Notes: generated by a model from the sequence alone, not told the origin. A stretch of 55,953 nucleotides of DNA from a bacterium (GCA_043806735.1 JAZDGR010000120.1:1-55953), one strand, 5' to 3'; positions 8,821 through 20,387 are shown, counted from the stretch's first letter. Translations and numbers: made by a program.

Positions 8821-11115
8821 ATGAAAAATTTAATCTTATTTATCACATTGCTTTTCCTGGGATTTACGGTCCTGACTGTGAACGCACAGGTTGCCATTAA
8901 TACAACCGGAAATCCCCCTGATAACTCCGCCATGCTGGATGTAGTCAGCACTACAAAAGGTGCGCTGATTCCCCGAATGACCACCACACAGCGGGATGCC
9001 ATAAGCAGTCCGGCCACCGGCCTGATGGTGTATGTGACTACGAATAACAAATATTATTACTACAACGGTTCTGCATGGATCATGGTGGTTGGAGGCGCTG
9101 ACGACGACTGGACAATTACAGGAACCGATATGTACACCGCGGTAGCAGGTTGTGTTGGAATTGGCGCTTATGCCTCCGACACAAAATTTTATGTGTACGG
9201 CATATTTCCTTCTACCAGTACCATTGAGGATGTAGTTACAATTCACAGGGGTTCGACAGGAACTCCGGCAGCGGGAATAGGTGCTGGAATAAAATTTTAT
9301 AATAAAATTTCAGGTGAATCAGCAATGTTATCAGGAAGAATGGCCAGTATCATGGAAACTGTCGGAAGCACTTCTTCTTCCGGAATGCTTTTTCAGACAA
9401 AACCCTTGTCAGGAACCCTGCAGGATGCACTCTACCTCGACCCTGACGGGAATGTAGGTGTCGGGACACGAGACCCGGGCACCCGCATGGAAATAACTGG
9501 TTCAGCCCCCGTCCTTACCTTAAATGCAAACACCTCCACCTCCCCGGGCCTGGTTTTCGAGGAAAACGGATCTTCGATGTGGAATATCAATGCAAACTAT
9601 TCGACGGATAGATTGAACTTCTCATCAGGAAGTCACGCCAACCTGATCTCGTTTGATCAGGATGGTGGAATAGACCATAATTATTTAGGCATTTCAAATG
9701 GTTTCTATTCTACTGGAACAACATCAGCAGCCCTTTTTTATATACAGAACTCCTATGCAGGAGACAGTTGGGGATTATCGGCCGGCATGTCCAGTAGCTC
9801 AGCCGGCAGCACATCATATGGAGTGCTTGGATTTAATTACGGTTTAGGGTATGGAGTCTATGGAAGGACCTACAACTCAGGTGGTATCGGACTTTATGGA
9901 AAAAATAATAGTTCTTCGAATTTTGGATATGCCGGAAGTGGTTCCTATGGCTTATATGGAGAAAACGGCATTGGGAATTATGGGTATATCGGTAGTGTAT
10001 CCGTTGGCTTGTATGGAAGAAATTCTAACGGGAATTATGGATATATTGGAGGTTCTACCTCTGGTATTTATGGCGGGTTGGAATCGACAGATGTAACTAA
10101 TTATGCTATTTATGGTTTCGGTGTTCATGCTAATTTAGTAAACGGTACCGGATATGGAATTGATTATACGTTGGGAGCAGTTAAAGGATATAACTACTTT
10201 GGAAACCCATATACCTTTGGGGTGGCCGGATATTCCTATCTGGACTATAACAGAAGCGGCGGGTGTTTTGGTGCGAAACATGATGCATCCGTTTGGGGCT
10301 GTATGGGGTATAAGAATTCAGGAGGAATTGAATATGGTGGTTATTTTACCTCTTATACTTCGGGATCAGGAAAGGGCCCGGGAACGAGTATTGATATAGG
10401 TATCGGCGCCTGGGGAGATCTATTTGGTGCGGATATCCACGGGAACATTTACGGTCTCTATTCGGAAGGCGCGAACTATGCCCTTTATGCACACGGTGAT
10501 GTTTACCGGGATGGGCTTGATATCCATCTTCAGACCGGTGGGAACAATGAAAGCACTCCGCTCTATACCATGGTTTCGCCGGATGCGATCATCCAGACCT
10601 GCGGGTATGCCACCCTTAACCAGGGTTCCTGTGCCGTAGCCTTTGATGCAGCTTTTTCAAATGCGGTTTCACAATCAGAACCTGTTGTGGTTACTATTAC
10701 CCCCCATGGAAATTGCAACGGCGTCTATCTCTCCGGGGTAAACAGCCATGGATTCACAGTGGTTGAAAACAACGCAGGGAAAAGCAATGTAATGATCTCC
10801 TACATCGCCATGGGGAAAAGAGCCGGATATGAGAACCCGGTGCTGCCGGAAGAGGTGATCGCATCAGATTATACCGAAAAACTGAAACGGGGGCTACACA
10901 ACGATGGTGACATGCAAACTTCCGGAGAGGGATTGTATTACGAAAACGGTAACCTTACGGTAGGAATTCACTCTTCTACCCTACCGGATCCGAATAAACC
11001 CCCTAGTGCAGAAGAACCGGCATTGGCACCCGAAAAACCGGATCATCAGAAACCTCCCCGGAGAGTCACAGATGATGACAATAACGGACGCGCTATTCCA
11101 GAAAAAACAAAGTAA
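8821..11115 (+). CDS. Secreted Gly/Tyr-rich fibre-like (tail-fibre/adhesin-like) protein
   Basis: AQVAINT...[32 protein letters not shown] head, GNVGVGT repeats, GxYG repeats, C-terminal beta domain. Confidence 0.75.
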   Translation: MKNLILFITLLFLGFTVLTVNAQVAINTTGNPPDNSAMLDVVSTTKGALIPRMTTTQRDAISSPATGLMVYVTTNNKYYYYNGSAWIMVVGGADDDWTITGTDMYTAVAGCVGIGAYASDTKFYVYGIFPSTSTIEDVVTIHRGSTGTPAAGIGAGIKFYNKISGESAMLSGRMASIMETVGSTSSSGMLFQTKPLSGTLQDALYLDPDGNVGVGTRDPGTRMEITGSAPVLTLNANTSTSPGLVFEENGSSMWNINANYSTDRLNFSSGSHANLISFDQDGGIDHNYLGISNGFYSTGTTSAALFYIQNSYAGDSWGLSAGMSSSSAGSTSYGVLGFNYGLGYGVYGRTYNSGGIGLYGKNNSSSNFGYAGSGSYGLYGENGIGNYGYIGSVSVGLYGRNSNGNYGYIGGSTSGIYGGLESTDVTNYAIYGFGVHANLVNGTGYGIDYTLGAVKGYNYFGNPYTFGVAGYSYLDYNRSGGCFGAKHDASVWGCMGYKNSGGIEYGGYFTSYTSGSGKGPGTSIDIGIGAWGDLFGADIHGNIYGLYSEGANYALYAHGDVYRDGLDIHLQTGGNNESTPLYTMVSPDAIIQTCGYATLNQGSCAVAFDAAFSNAVSQSEPVVVTITPHGNCNGVYLSGVNSHGFTVVENNAGKSNVMISYIAMGKRAGYENPVLPEEVIASDYTEKLKRGLHNDGDMQTSGEGLYYENGNLTVGIHSSTLPDPNKPPSAEEPALAPEKPDHQKPPRRVTDDDNNGRAIPEKTK

Positions 11116-11154
11116 TCTTTCAAAGAAAACAGGCAAGTCTGAAAATCCCTGTTA

Positions 11155-11568
11155 TCAGGGGATTTTATATCCCCACTGGTCCTGGATCGGGATCACAACG
11201 GGAACATTTGTAGCTGACATGCTACTACTGTCAATGGCAATAACTGATCCTCCCTTCGTGACTTTGACCACCATGGTATAATTGTAATTTGTACCGGGTA
11301 CTGTAAGAAAACGGAACTCCATTTTCACGGAATCTCCCTGCACAAAATTGGTGAAGGCAGCCTGCCAGGGTAGGGTCGGATTTGTTAACTCTTGCCAATT
11401 TAAACCGGTTTCATAATATTCGATTTTCAGATCGGTATAGCCGCCCGTTAACAAAAGTTGGTAATCCACCGTATAATTTACTGGGGCCGGAGGAGGATCC
11501 TCTTTCTTGCTACAGCTGAAAACCAATAAGGCTCCGGTAACCAAAAGAAATAAAATCGTGCTTTTCAT
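11155..11568 (-). CDS. Hypothetical lipoprotein
   Basis: Lipobox VFSC-SKK, beta-sandwich-like sequence. Confidence 0.7.
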   Translation of the reverse strand: MKSTILFLLVTGALLVFSCSKKEDPPPAPVNYTVDYQLLLTGGYTDLKIEYYETGLNWQELTNPTLPWQAAFTNFVQGDSVKMEFRFLTVPGTNYNYTMVVKVTKGGSVIAIDSSSMSATNVPVVIPIQDQWGYKIP

Positions 11569-11611
11569 AAATAGGTTTTAATGATTTGCCAAGAAGGACT
11601 TGGTTGGTCGG

Positions 11612-13831
11612 TTAGTTCTGCAAAGGTATGGATTTCTTCATCACTTTTACCTTCATTCGTGAACCTTCTCCACCATGCCATGAAATCCACAGATTATCCC
11701 CTTTATCGACGATCATTTTTGGAGAGCGGCCATTTTCTTCGGATGTTGAAATCAACACTGGATCGCTCCATTTTCCATTCCGTTCAGCTGCCAGGTAGAT
11801 TCCCCAGGAAGAATTCGCTTGTAACGACCGGCCACTCCACACAATGTACTTATTTCCTTTTGAATCGCAAGCTCCCGAAGGAGTCTGATTCAGCATGGTG
11901 AGATTTTCAGGAGTGATTACTTTTCCCGGGGTCCACCGGTTTACTTCCCAATCGTATCTGGCTACCTTGATCTTCTGTGGTTCGTTACTGTTATATACCT
12001 TCCATCCGTCAGATTCCCAAACAACAAATACATCGAGACCATCGGTGAAGATATCGGGGTAACCGCCCTGTTCACGGTCGTCCATGGCCTCAGATGGTTG
12101 GGTGACTGTCGATGCCGTATCGTTCAGATTGCCTCCGTACACCCCGCACGTTGACGGGTAATGCTGGTTCCATGCACCCCAGATCTCATTTCCCTTAAGG
12201 CAAACCAGTGACGGCCACCAGGCATTGGTATAGCCGTCAATATAAACCGGAGGCGCGGCCAGGATCTCATTGATTTTTCCGGGTATTCCATTTTTCATCT
12301 TTCGGTATTTCAGGAATCGCTGGTTGGCAAGCCATTCACACCAGGCAACGGTAATTTCCCCTCCAGGATGTACCACTACTTCCGGCGTGATCACATCGAA
12401 TGGCTGTTTTGGCGAAACTAAAAACTCATCCGAAAACCGGTTACCGTCAAAAGATCTGGTAACCAGGCGGTAATACCCCTCCTGCTTGCTCAGGTAAAAT
12501 AACCAAAGGGTTTCTCCGTTAAAAACGAGCTTCGGGTTGTAGCAATCCGTTTCCATATGTTCGGCATACCAGGTCTGTATGGAGCCTGTCCTGTCAATCC
12601 TGCCCAGCAAAATATTGCCGTTTTCTTCCCAGGCAACCCAGCAGGATCCTTCCTTATCCAGGGTGATTTCGGGGAACCTGCATGAGTTGTTCCCCAGGGT
12701 CCAGGTTTCTGTTCGCTCAGATTTTTCCTGCATGGTTTGAATGTCGGGAGTCGCTAAAGAGACAATCTTTGGGGATTCCGGTGTTTCGCATCGGCGGAAG
12801 CAGAACGTGTCGCGGGGAACATCGCTGAAGGAAGTGACTTCGCTGAAACTCCAGGTGTCTTCCCGGGTTTTATTGAAATGACCATACAGCAGCCGTCGTG
12901 AATTTTCGGGTTTATCGCCTGTGAATACAATGTAATCCAGGTAATTGGTGGGCCAGAACATCTTGGAGTGATGATCTGAAACCAGGAGCAGAACGTATTT
13001 TTCTTTATTAAACGGATTCGGAAAACATCCGTAGAAAGATGCTGTTCCGGCTTTAAAACGGGAATTCCCGATCGAAATAAAAGTGGAATCCACATGTACA
13101 GGGATATCTGTTCCGGCGAAAAGCCGTGCAAGCGGTCCCAGATCAGGACCCGATCTAATAAAAAGATGCTTCTTTCTTGCTTCCGTATCCAACTCATCGA
13201 AGGTAACGAACGAGAAAGCATTCCATTTCCGGATCTTTTCCCGTTCGTCCGCCGGAATCGCATTTGTGTCGGGTACCACACAAACCGCCGCCTGAGATCC
13301 GTTCTCATAGATGAACCGGGCAGCCAGGTGGAGGTTGCCGGTGGGATGAAGCGTCACACTGCTATCCCAGAGAAACGTCTTCAGGGTATCGAATTTCGCG
13401 TAATTGTAAAACTCCTTTAACACCTGCTTCCCGTTTCTGAAAGCCAGGAGAGTTGGAAATCCATCCTGATGGTATTCATGCAATGCAGGCGGATAAGTCA
13501 GAATGGCCGATTCCCATCCAAAATGTTTCTGGAAAGTATAAATATCGAGCTGCGGATTAAACAGACACATATGGTAACCCTCTCCTCCGTATTGCGCATT
13601 GTTGAGGATGTAATTCCTCTCTGTAAAGTATCCATCAATCAGACAATACCCGCAATTGGTCGTGGAGAATGGAACAATTACCACGGGTTTTCCTGAGCGG
13701 AGGGTACGATTCAACCGGATCCGGCCGCCCCAAAGATCTTCTGCGCCTTTCCCCGGCAGATTTTTTGAGCTAAAATCACAGGCCGACAGGATAAGACAGC
13801 ATCCGGAAATGATCAACGATCTACTATTCAT
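11612..13831 (-). CDS. Lipoprotein with N-terminal thioredoxin-like domain and C-terminal beta-propeller
   Basis: Lipobox LSAC, CGYC plus GFPTLLAFRNGK, repeated P...D..G..WVAW blades. Confidence 0.65.
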   Translation of the reverse strand: MNSRSLIISGCCLILSACDFSSKNLPGKGAEDLWGGRIRLNRTLRSGKPVVIVPFSTTNCGYCLIDGYFTERNYILNNAQYGGEGYHMCLFNPQLDIYTFQKHFGWESAILTYPPALHEYHQDGFPTLLAFRNGKQVLKEFYNYAKFDTLKTFLWDSSVTLHPTGNLHLAARFIYENGSQAAVCVVPDTNAIPADEREKIRKWNAFSFVTFDELDTEARKKHLFIRSGPDLGPLARLFAGTDIPVHVDSTFISIGNSRFKAGTASFYGCFPNPFNKEKYVLLLVSDHHSKMFWPTNYLDYIVFTGDKPENSRRLLYGHFNKTREDTWSFSEVTSFSDVPRDTFCFRRCETPESPKIVSLATPDIQTMQEKSERTETWTLGNNSCRFPEITLDKEGSCWVAWEENGNILLGRIDRTGSIQTWYAEHMETDCYNPKLVFNGETLWLFYLSKQEGYYRLVTRSFDGNRFSDEFLVSPKQPFDVITPEVVVHPGGEITVAWCEWLANQRFLKYRKMKNGIPGKINEILAAPPVYIDGYTNAWWPSLVCLKGNEIWGAWNQHYPSTCGVYGGNLNDTASTVTQPSEAMDDREQGGYPDIFTDGLDVFVVWESDGWKVYNSNEPQKIKVARYDWEVNRWTPGKVITPENLTMLNQTPSGACDSKGNKYIVWSGRSLQANSSWGIYLAAERNGKWSDPVLISTSEENGRSPKMIVDKGDNLWISWHGGEGSRMKVKVMKKSIPLQN

Positions 13832-13849
13832 AAATTCACAAGTTATTTG

Positions 13850-13884
13850 CTAACTGCCAACTGAAAACTGTCAACTGAAAACTA
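13850..13884. repeat. Intergenic heptamer tandem repeat (NNAACTG x5)
   Basis: ctaactg ccaactg aaaactg tcaactg aaaacta. Confidence 0.7.
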
Positions 13885-14907
13885 CTCCTTAATGATCTTC
13901 TTCCCCGTACTAAAATTCCCGGACCGGACGGTGAGAAAGTAAAATCCGGCAGGCAAATCATCGACGGGGATGGGAGTTATTTGAGAATGAGTGGCGATCG
14001 TCATAGATTTCACGATTTTGCCAATGTGATCATAAAATGTAAGTTCCAGGTGGTTCGCCAAGTCCACACACTCAATCATTAGTGTGTTCCGCACAGGGTT
14101 TGGATAAATGAGAACAGGGTCATTCGGCAAAGGAGTTTTTATGGAAACAGGCGTAGAACAATCCAGCCCGTTGTAACAGGTAACGGATGTATTCAAAACA
14201 CAATTGAGAATTCCGGTCGTATCGTAATAAACATTCTCCATCTTGTTGTAGAAACAATAAAGTGCCTGTGTCCAGTCCGGGGCTCCTACGCCCTGAGAAA
14301 GAAGCCCCTGCGTACTTCCGATCCCCTCGATCCAGTATTCCTGATTATGATAGACGTTCCCTCCATTGCCGACCCCATAAAAATACCGGCGCCGGTAAGT
14401 CCCGTCTACGCATAACGAATCGATCATGTCCACTTCGAGCTGATATACATAAATGGACGCAATGGTATATTCACCCTGAACCGAAAAGATCAGACTGAAC
14501 CCTACTACCTGCTGCCCTAAGCTGTCAATCTGAAAATTATATCCCAGCCATTCCTTATCGGAAAGATATGGATAAACAAAATAGACTTTCTTTTTCGCAA
14601 TGTCTTGCCGGATAAAGGCAAAAAGTTCCGCTGAATCCCTGTTAAAGGTAAAATCACAATCCGTGCATACTCCTTCTCCTGATTTTGATTGAAAGTAGAT
14701 TTTTTTATACTGCTTAGAATTGATTATCGTATCCCCAAGGATCTTGAATTTATATACCGCACCCCAGGGGGGCTTAAATCCACATTGGGTATGTGACCAG
14801 GTGGCTTCTTCGGAAAGGTCAAGCGGAGTATATGCCTGTCCTGACAGAGTGAGTTGAAATCCAGCAAGGGCTGCAGAAACCAACGAGATGTATATGATTT
14901 TTTTCAC
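13882..14907 (-). CDS. T9SS type A sorting domain protein
   Basis: GDTIINSKQYKK and WIEGIGS..GL motifs, IYPNP CTD ending KKIIKE. Confidence 0.85.
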   Translation of the reverse strand: MKKIIYISLVSAALAGFQLTLSGQAYTPLDLSEEATWSHTQCGFKPPWGAVYKFKILGDTIINSKQYKKIYFQSKSGEGVCTDCDFTFNRDSAELFAFIRQDIAKKKVYFVYPYLSDKEWLGYNFQIDSLGQQVVGFSLIFSVQGEYTIASIYVYQLEVDMIDSLCVDGTYRRRYFYGVGNGGNVYHNQEYWIEGIGSTQGLLSQGVGAPDWTQALYCFYNKMENVYYDTTGILNCVLNTSVTCYNGLDCSTPVSIKTPLPNDPVLIYPNPVRNTLMIECVDLANHLELTFYDHIGKIVKSMTIATHSQITPIPVDDLPAGFYFLTVRSGNFSTGKKIIKE

Positions 14908-15038
14908 GGCATCCGAAGATACAACAAAAAAACATTCACAACCAATTTGTTTGCATGATTTTTCACTATAATGTTAACAAATAGTTGTTAATATATTGAT
15001 AACCATTTATATAATTAATTTAACCCCCTAACAAATTT

Positions 15039-16220
15039 TCAGGGGACCGTATCGTTAGGGGCCACACTGGACCGGTAGAGGATGATGGATAAACCCGGAA
15101 GACCCAGTTTTGACCTGGTATCTTTAAAAGCCTCGCGTGCTGTTTTCCGCGAATCGGGCTCCAGCCAGATAAGATTCGTATCCATAACAGCCATTTCGGC
15201 CGGATATACGATATGCATTTCCCTTTGTGGATTAGTTCCCCGGTAAACCCAGGTAGGGAGATACCGGATACCGGATAACCGGATATCCCTGCTTAAAGAG
15301 ACTTTCGCAAATTCCACCTGAAGGATTACACCGGCATCGGTATAACGCCAGTATTGATTGGAAATAAAATTTCCGAGGGAAAAAGCGACAAAGCCAGTAT
15401 CAAGTCTCCCTTCGTTGGTTTTGAAAAATGAAACGGGCCCGATCATATGGGGATGGCTTCCGATGATAAGGTCGGCGCCGGCCCGGATGGAGGCCTGAAC
15501 CACAGAATCCTGGTAGGGCGTAGCTTCACGGTTCATTTCCTCACCGAAATGAAAACAAAGAATCACAAGATCTACGCTGTCTGCATGGGCTTTCCCGATC
15601 TCCTGCCGGATGCGAAGGGTATCGATGCGATTCAGGAATCCGGCTGAATCGGCTGGAAATCCCTGGTTTGAACCGTACGTATAATTTAAAACGGCTATCC
15701 GGATCCCACGAATCTTATAAATTCTTGCTGAATCCCGGTCGGCGGTTGATTTGAAGGCACCGGTATATCCGAGTCCGTGTTCCCGGATGACGCCAAGCGT
15801 CCGAACCATTCCTGCCACCCCCTGATCCATTGCATGATTGTTCGCGGTGAGCAGCAGGTCAAATCCGCTTTCCTTCAGGGCCGTCACAAAACCATCCGGA
15901 GTATTGAAGAGGGGGTAACCGCTGTACCCGATTTCCCTCCCGGCACAGGTGGTCTCAAAATTTCCGATGGTAAGATCATCGGATTCAAACCAGGCTTTCA
16001 CGGGAGTAAAGGAGGGGGTGAAATCGAAACTGTCGGTCCCGATCTGTGCATTGTTTACCTGAGGCATGTGACACATAATATCCCCGACGAAACTGATCCG
16101 GATGGTGGATATTGAATCGCGGCCGGTTCCGGGCCCGGATTGGCCTGATTGGGCGATCCGTCCTGAACTGATGATCAGGAGACACAAGACAAGTGCCGAT
16201 GACAGCTGAATAACCTTCAA
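15039..16220 (-). CDS. capA: CapA family (poly-gamma-glutamate synthesis) metallophosphoesterase
   Basis: GDIMCH, GNFET, TANNHAMD, HFGEE, GSHPH, SLGNFIS. Confidence 0.9.
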   Translation of the reverse strand: MKVIQLSSALVLCLLIISSGRIAQSGQSGPGTGRDSISTIRISFVGDIMCHMPQVNNAQIGTDSFDFTPSFTPVKAWFESDDLTIGNFETTCAGREIGYSGYPLFNTPDGFVTALKESGFDLLLTANNHAMDQGVAGMVRTLGVIREHGLGYTGAFKSTADRDSARIYKIRGIRIAVLNYTYGSNQGFPADSAGFLNRIDTLRIRQEIGKAHADSVDLVILCFHFGEEMNREATPYQDSVVQASIRAGADLIIGSHPHMIGPVSFFKTNEGRLDTGFVAFSLGNFISNQYWRYTDAGVILQVEFAKVSLSRDIRLSGIRYLPTWVYRGTNPQREMHIVYPAEMAVMDTNLIWLEPDSRKTAREAFKDTRSKLGLPGLSIILYRSSVAPNDTVP

Positions 16221-16230
16221 GGCATTCTTG

Positions 16231-16992
16231 TTATCCGATGAGGTATCTCTTTTTTAACGAGGTTCTATCCGCTTTGAGTATATGCCCGAGGAAGTGATTC
16301 AGGTTTCCGAACTTCGCATCGATATGCTTAAGCGCCGCATCCAGGTACTCGCACCGCACCTCCATCATGGGTCTCAGGATCTCCCCGTTATTTCCCTTTT
16401 CAGTCACTTTCCGGATCACCTTTTCGGCGAGATCCTTCAAGTGGAGATTCGACAGCATGTAATCGTGCCTGGCTTCCTTATCGTTTACCCCTAAAGCACG
16501 GAGAAGGAGGTATGTAGCCAGCCCGGTCCGGTCTTTCCCGGCAGCACAGTGATAGACCAGAGGAAGCTGATCCGTCGTCGTAAGAACCCGGAAGAACTCC
16601 CGGTAATTATCTGCATGGTCATTGATCATTCGCCTGTAATCCCTGACCAGCAGGGTGGCGAGACCCAGGGCATTCTGTTCGGCCATCATTATCTCCGCTT
16701 CCTCACGGGCTGAATCCGCTATGGGAATCCGCTTGTTTTCGGCAACCGTTCCAATCGCCGGGGTTGGGTATTTAATGACTTCCCGGTCGGACCGGAAGTC
16801 AATGATCATGCGGATTTCAATCGCCTCCATTGTTTTGATATCAGCAGGCGAAAGTCGTGCTAAATCTCCGCTGCGGTATAAAAGCCTATGTTTTATCCTC
16901 CGGCCGTCTTCCGTCCGGATCCCGCCCAGATCGCGGAAATTGGGTGCATTGGTCAGAAGGATTACAGGAAATTCTCTTGCCAGCTCAAACAT
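16231..16992 (-). CDS. Tyrosine-protein phosphatase (IphP/PtpB-like)
   Basis: NFRDLGG, YRSG, IIDFRS, HCAAGKDRTG active-site loop. Confidence 0.92.
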   Translation of the reverse strand: MFELAREFPVILLTNAPNFRDLGGIRTEDGRRIKHRLLYRSGDLARLSPADIKTMEAIEIRMIIDFRSDREVIKYPTPAIGTVAENKRIPIADSAREEAEIMMAEQNALGLATLLVRDYRRMINDHADNYREFFRVLTTTDQLPLVYHCAAGKDRTGLATYLLLRALGVNDKEARHDYMLSNLHLKDLAEKVIRKVTEKGNNGEILRPMMEVRCEYLDAALKHIDAKFGNLNHFLGHILKADRTSLKKRYLIG

Positions 16993-17049
16993 GGGGCAAA
17001 AGTACGTCAAATCTTTTTCCTAAATTTGACCCGCTATGCGGTTTGAGAT

Positions 17050-19275
17050 ATGAATTACTTGCGCTGCTTTTTCGCCGGCATGCTTCTCATAAGTTTTTTT
17101 CCCTGTCTGTTTTCGCAGGATCCGGCAACTGAAAACCAGGCAAAACGGCCTGCAGTCGGATTGGTTCTCAGTGGCGGCGGCGCCAAGGGCTTTGCCTATA
17201 TCGGACTGCTGAAGGTAATTCAGGAAGCCGGGTTGCCGATTGATTATATTGGCGGTTCCAGCATCGGGAGCATCATAGGAGGATTGTATGCCCTCGGGTA
17301 TCATCCCGATTCGATCGCAAAACTAATTCGAGCCCAGAACTGGGACAACCTGCTGAAAGACATCACCGACCGGAAATACAATGCGTTTGACGAGAAGGAA
17401 TACGGGGAGAAGACGATCGTGAGGCTGCCGGTGAAGAACAAATCGGTCGGACTCGGCACGGCCATCTATCATGGACAGGAGATCAATCTCCTGCTGAACT
17501 ACATCTTTTCCCCCGCATACAAAACAACCGATTTCCGCAAATTGCCGACTCCTTTCCTCTGCATGGGGACCAACCTTTTCACCGGTGAACAGGTGATCCT
17601 CGACCGGGGGTACCTGCCTTTGGCCATCCGGGCCAGCATGTCTATTCCGGGGTACTTCACTCCTACCGACTATCTTGGATATTATCTGGTTGACGGAGGG
17701 GTAGTAAATAACTATCCGGTAAAAGAGGTGAAGGAAATGGGAGCTAAAATCATCCTGGGGGGAGACGTGCAAAGTGGCCTTTACACCACGCGGGAACAAT
17801 TGAACTCTATCATGGCCGTGCTTGACCAGATCACCTCGTTCCCCCGGATCGAGGCCAATGAGATCGGCGATAGCCTGACCAACCTGAAAGTCCGGTTTAT
17901 CCTCAATTACGGAATGATGGATTTTGACGATTACGATTCCATCATTGCTGTGGGAGAACGGGTGTCCAGAGCGCACTTCCCTGCCATCAAAGCGCTGGCC
18001 GATTCCCTCAACTCGATCGAATACCGGGCTCTGAAGACCTATACGACCCGGCCACTGGACTCGGTTTTCGTTGACAGTCTGATCATCCGCGGCGAGAACA
18101 AAATGCCCAGGAAGTATTTCAGCAGTCTGTTCCGGTACTCCTCAAAATCGATGATTTCCCTCACCGATTTGCAGAACAATATCCGGATGATGTACGGATC
18201 AGGTTTCTTTGACAATGTCTCATACGAGTTTGAACAAGACCAGAGCAAAACGAATTTAATAATTGATGCATCGGAAGGGGGACCGGGAACCCTTTCCGCA
18301 GGCATCCATTTTGATAACGATTATGGAGTAAGCCTGATCATCAGCGGGGATTTCCGGAACATCCTGGGTAGAAACTCCAAGATCTTCGCCGATGTAAATA
18401 TTGGATTGAATCCACGTGTCCGGGTAGTTTACCTTCTGGGGTTAGGGGGGAAAGCGGCGTTCGGACTGAGCGGTGATTTTTACGACTTTCATTTTAACAG
18501 GTATAACTGGAAAGAAAAGATCAATCGCATTACGGTTATTAACAACAAGGGGTCCCTGTTTTTCCAGTACACCTTCCGGAATATGGTGAACTTGAAAGCC
18601 GGTTTTGATTATGAATATTTTCGCTTCAGTCAGGATATCCATGCAGATACATCCCTGGATAAGTACGACCATTTTTCCAGTTATGGGACGGCGTTCGTTT
18701 CGCTCAACGTGGATTCCCGCGACCGGCCTGCGTTCTCAACCCGGGGTGTGCTGGCTACCCTGCGGGGAGAGTATGTGATGCCGCTGTCCAAAAATTTTTC
18801 CAAAGATCTCTTTGCCAATGCGGCTGTCTTTTACCTTAAGTACGATCAGTCCATTCCCTTATCCCGGAGATTTGTTCTCCAGCCGGGGCTTTTCGGCGGA
18901 TTCATCCTGTGGGATCGAAATATCCCCCCGCTACAGCATATTTTCGGACTGGGCGGATTAGCTACCCGTAACTACATTGACCAGGAAGTCTCCTTCACGG
19001 GATTGCAGTTTATCCAGAAATTCGGATTTTATTCGGCGGTAGTCCGGATGAAACTGCAGTATAACGTGTACCGGAAACTATACCTGACCCTCAGGGCAGA
19101 CGCGGGAGCCAATGAACAGGAACTGGATCAGGTATTTATGTCACGGAATTTTCTTTGCGGATATGGGATTACTGCTGGCTACGACAGTTTTATCGGCCCC
19201 GTAGAATTTACGTTCATGACGTCGAACCTCAATGCAAATCTGATGCTGTTTGTAAATGTGGGGTTTTGTTTTTGA
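17050..19275 (+). CDS. Patatin-like phospholipase with POTRA and Omp85 barrel (PlpD-like)
   Basis: LSGGGAKG, GSSIG, VDGG motifs and a C-terminal barrel ending in F. Confidence 0.92.
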   Translation: MNYLRCFFAGMLLISFFPCLFSQDPATENQAKRPAVGLVLSGGGAKGFAYIGLLKVIQEAGLPIDYIGGSSIGSIIGGLYALGYHPDSIAKLIRAQNWDNLLKDITDRKYNAFDEKEYGEKTIVRLPVKNKSVGLGTAIYHGQEINLLLNYIFSPAYKTTDFRKLPTPFLCMGTNLFTGEQVILDRGYLPLAIRASMSIPGYFTPTDYLGYYLVDGGVVNNYPVKEVKEMGAKIILGGDVQSGLYTTREQLNSIMAVLDQITSFPRIEANEIGDSLTNLKVRFILNYGMMDFDDYDSIIAVGERVSRAHFPAIKALADSLNSIEYRALKTYTTRPLDSVFVDSLIIRGENKMPRKYFSSLFRYSSKSMISLTDLQNNIRMMYGSGFFDNVSYEFEQDQSKTNLIIDASEGGPGTLSAGIHFDNDYGVSLIISGDFRNILGRNSKIFADVNIGLNPRVRVVYLLGLGGKAAFGLSGDFYDFHFNRYNWKEKINRITVINNKGSLFFQYTFRNMVNLKAGFDYEYFRFSQDIHADTSLDKYDHFSSYGTAFVSLNVDSRDRPAFSTRGVLATLRGEYVMPLSKNFSKDLFANAAVFYLKYDQSIPLSRRFVLQPGLFGGFILWDRNIPPLQHIFGLGGLATRNYIDQEVSFTGLQFIQKFGFYSAVVRMKLQYNVYRKLYLTLRADAGANEQELDQVFMSRNFLCGYGITAGYDSFIGPVEFTFMTSNLNANLMLFVNVGFCF

Positions 19276-19298
19276 ATCTTATTATGTTAAAATTGCCG

Positions 19299-20387
19299 AT
19301 GAAAGAACTAATTTTTCTTGCCCTTGGAGCGTTTCTCTTTTCTTTTCCAGCGCATCCCCAGCACGGCCGGATCCGCAAGCCCGTCGACCCGATAGGATTT
19401 GCAACCGAAGCGTGGCAGATGGACTCGGTGATGGCCCGTATTGATAGGGAATTTGGTTCCCAGATAAATAGTGCACTTGCCTGGAATAAAATCAAGAAAT
19501 ATTCCCTTTGGAAAATGGCGATTTGTCCGCACGACGATTACGCCTATGCCGGATGGATGTATCCGCTGGTACTGCAGAACATCAAAGCCCCAACCGTACT
19601 CCTCATCGGGGTGGCCCACAAAGCCAAAAAATACAAACTGGAAGATAAGATGGTATTCGATTCGTTTACTGCCTGGAGCGGTCCCTATGGCCCGGTAAAA
19701 GTATCCTGGTTACGGGAAAAGATCATGAACCAGCTTCCGATGGGAGAGTTTGTTGTGCATGACAGTCTGCAAATGGAGGAACACAGCCTGGAAGCCTTGA
19801 TCCCCTTTCTCCAGTATTACAACAAAGAGGTCGAGATCATCCCCATCCTGGTCCCCTATATGTCATTCGAACGGCTCGAAGGGCTGGCCGGCTCTCTTTC
19901 CTGGGGGCTTTCAAAAGTATTGGAGGAGAACAGCATGCAATGGATGAAAGACATTGCGATCGTGATATCCACCGATGCAGTTCACTACGGTTGTGAAGAG
20001 TGGGGAGGACAGGATTATGCGCCTTATGGATGCAACGATTCAGGGTACATGAAAGCAATAGCCCATGAATCTGAGATCATCGGCAATTGCCTGGATGGCG
20101 GCATCGCCAAACTGAAGATAAGACGGTTCAGCGAATATACGATACAGGATACCAATTTCAGGTCATACAAATGGACCTGGTGCGGCAGGTATTCGGTGCC
20201 GTTCGGACTATTGACTGCTTTCTACTTGCAGCAGCACCTGCAAACCCTACCGGCATATGGAGTTGAGCTGGGTTATTCCACCTCCATCGATCACCCGGTG
20301 ATCCCGGTAACCGACCTTAAGATGGGAGTTACCGCCCCGGCAACTATACGGCATTGGGTGGGGTACGTGGCGATCGGCTTTAAATGA
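19299..20387 (+). CDS. amrB: AmmeMemoRadiSam system protein B (Memo family), with signal peptide
   Basis: ICPHDDYAYAG, GVAH, EEHSLE, STDAVHYG, TWCG, WVGY. Hydrophobic N-terminus. Confidence 0.85.
   Translation: MKELIFLALGAFLFSFPAHPQHGRIRKPVDPIGFATEAWQMDSVMARIDREFGSQINSALAWNKIKKYSLWKMAICPHDDYAYAGWMYPLVLQNIKAPTVLLIGVAHKAKKYKLEDKMVFDSFTAWSGPYGPVKVSWLREKIMNQLPMGEFVVHDSLQMEEHSLEALIPFLQYYNKEVEIIPILVPYMSFERLEGLAGSLSWGLSKVLEENSMQWMKDIAIVISTDAVHYGCEEWGGQDYAPYGCNDSGYMKAIAHESEIIGNCLDGGIAKLKIRRFSEYTIQDTNFRSYKWTWCGRYSVPFGLLTAFYLQQHLQTLPAYGVELGYSTSIDHPVIPVTDLKMGVTAPATIRHWVGYVAIGFK

Noticed and set aside
8821-11115. Prophage or contractile injection system
   Set aside because: No capsid, sheath, tube, baseplate or integrase genes are nearby, and the protein has a signal peptide.
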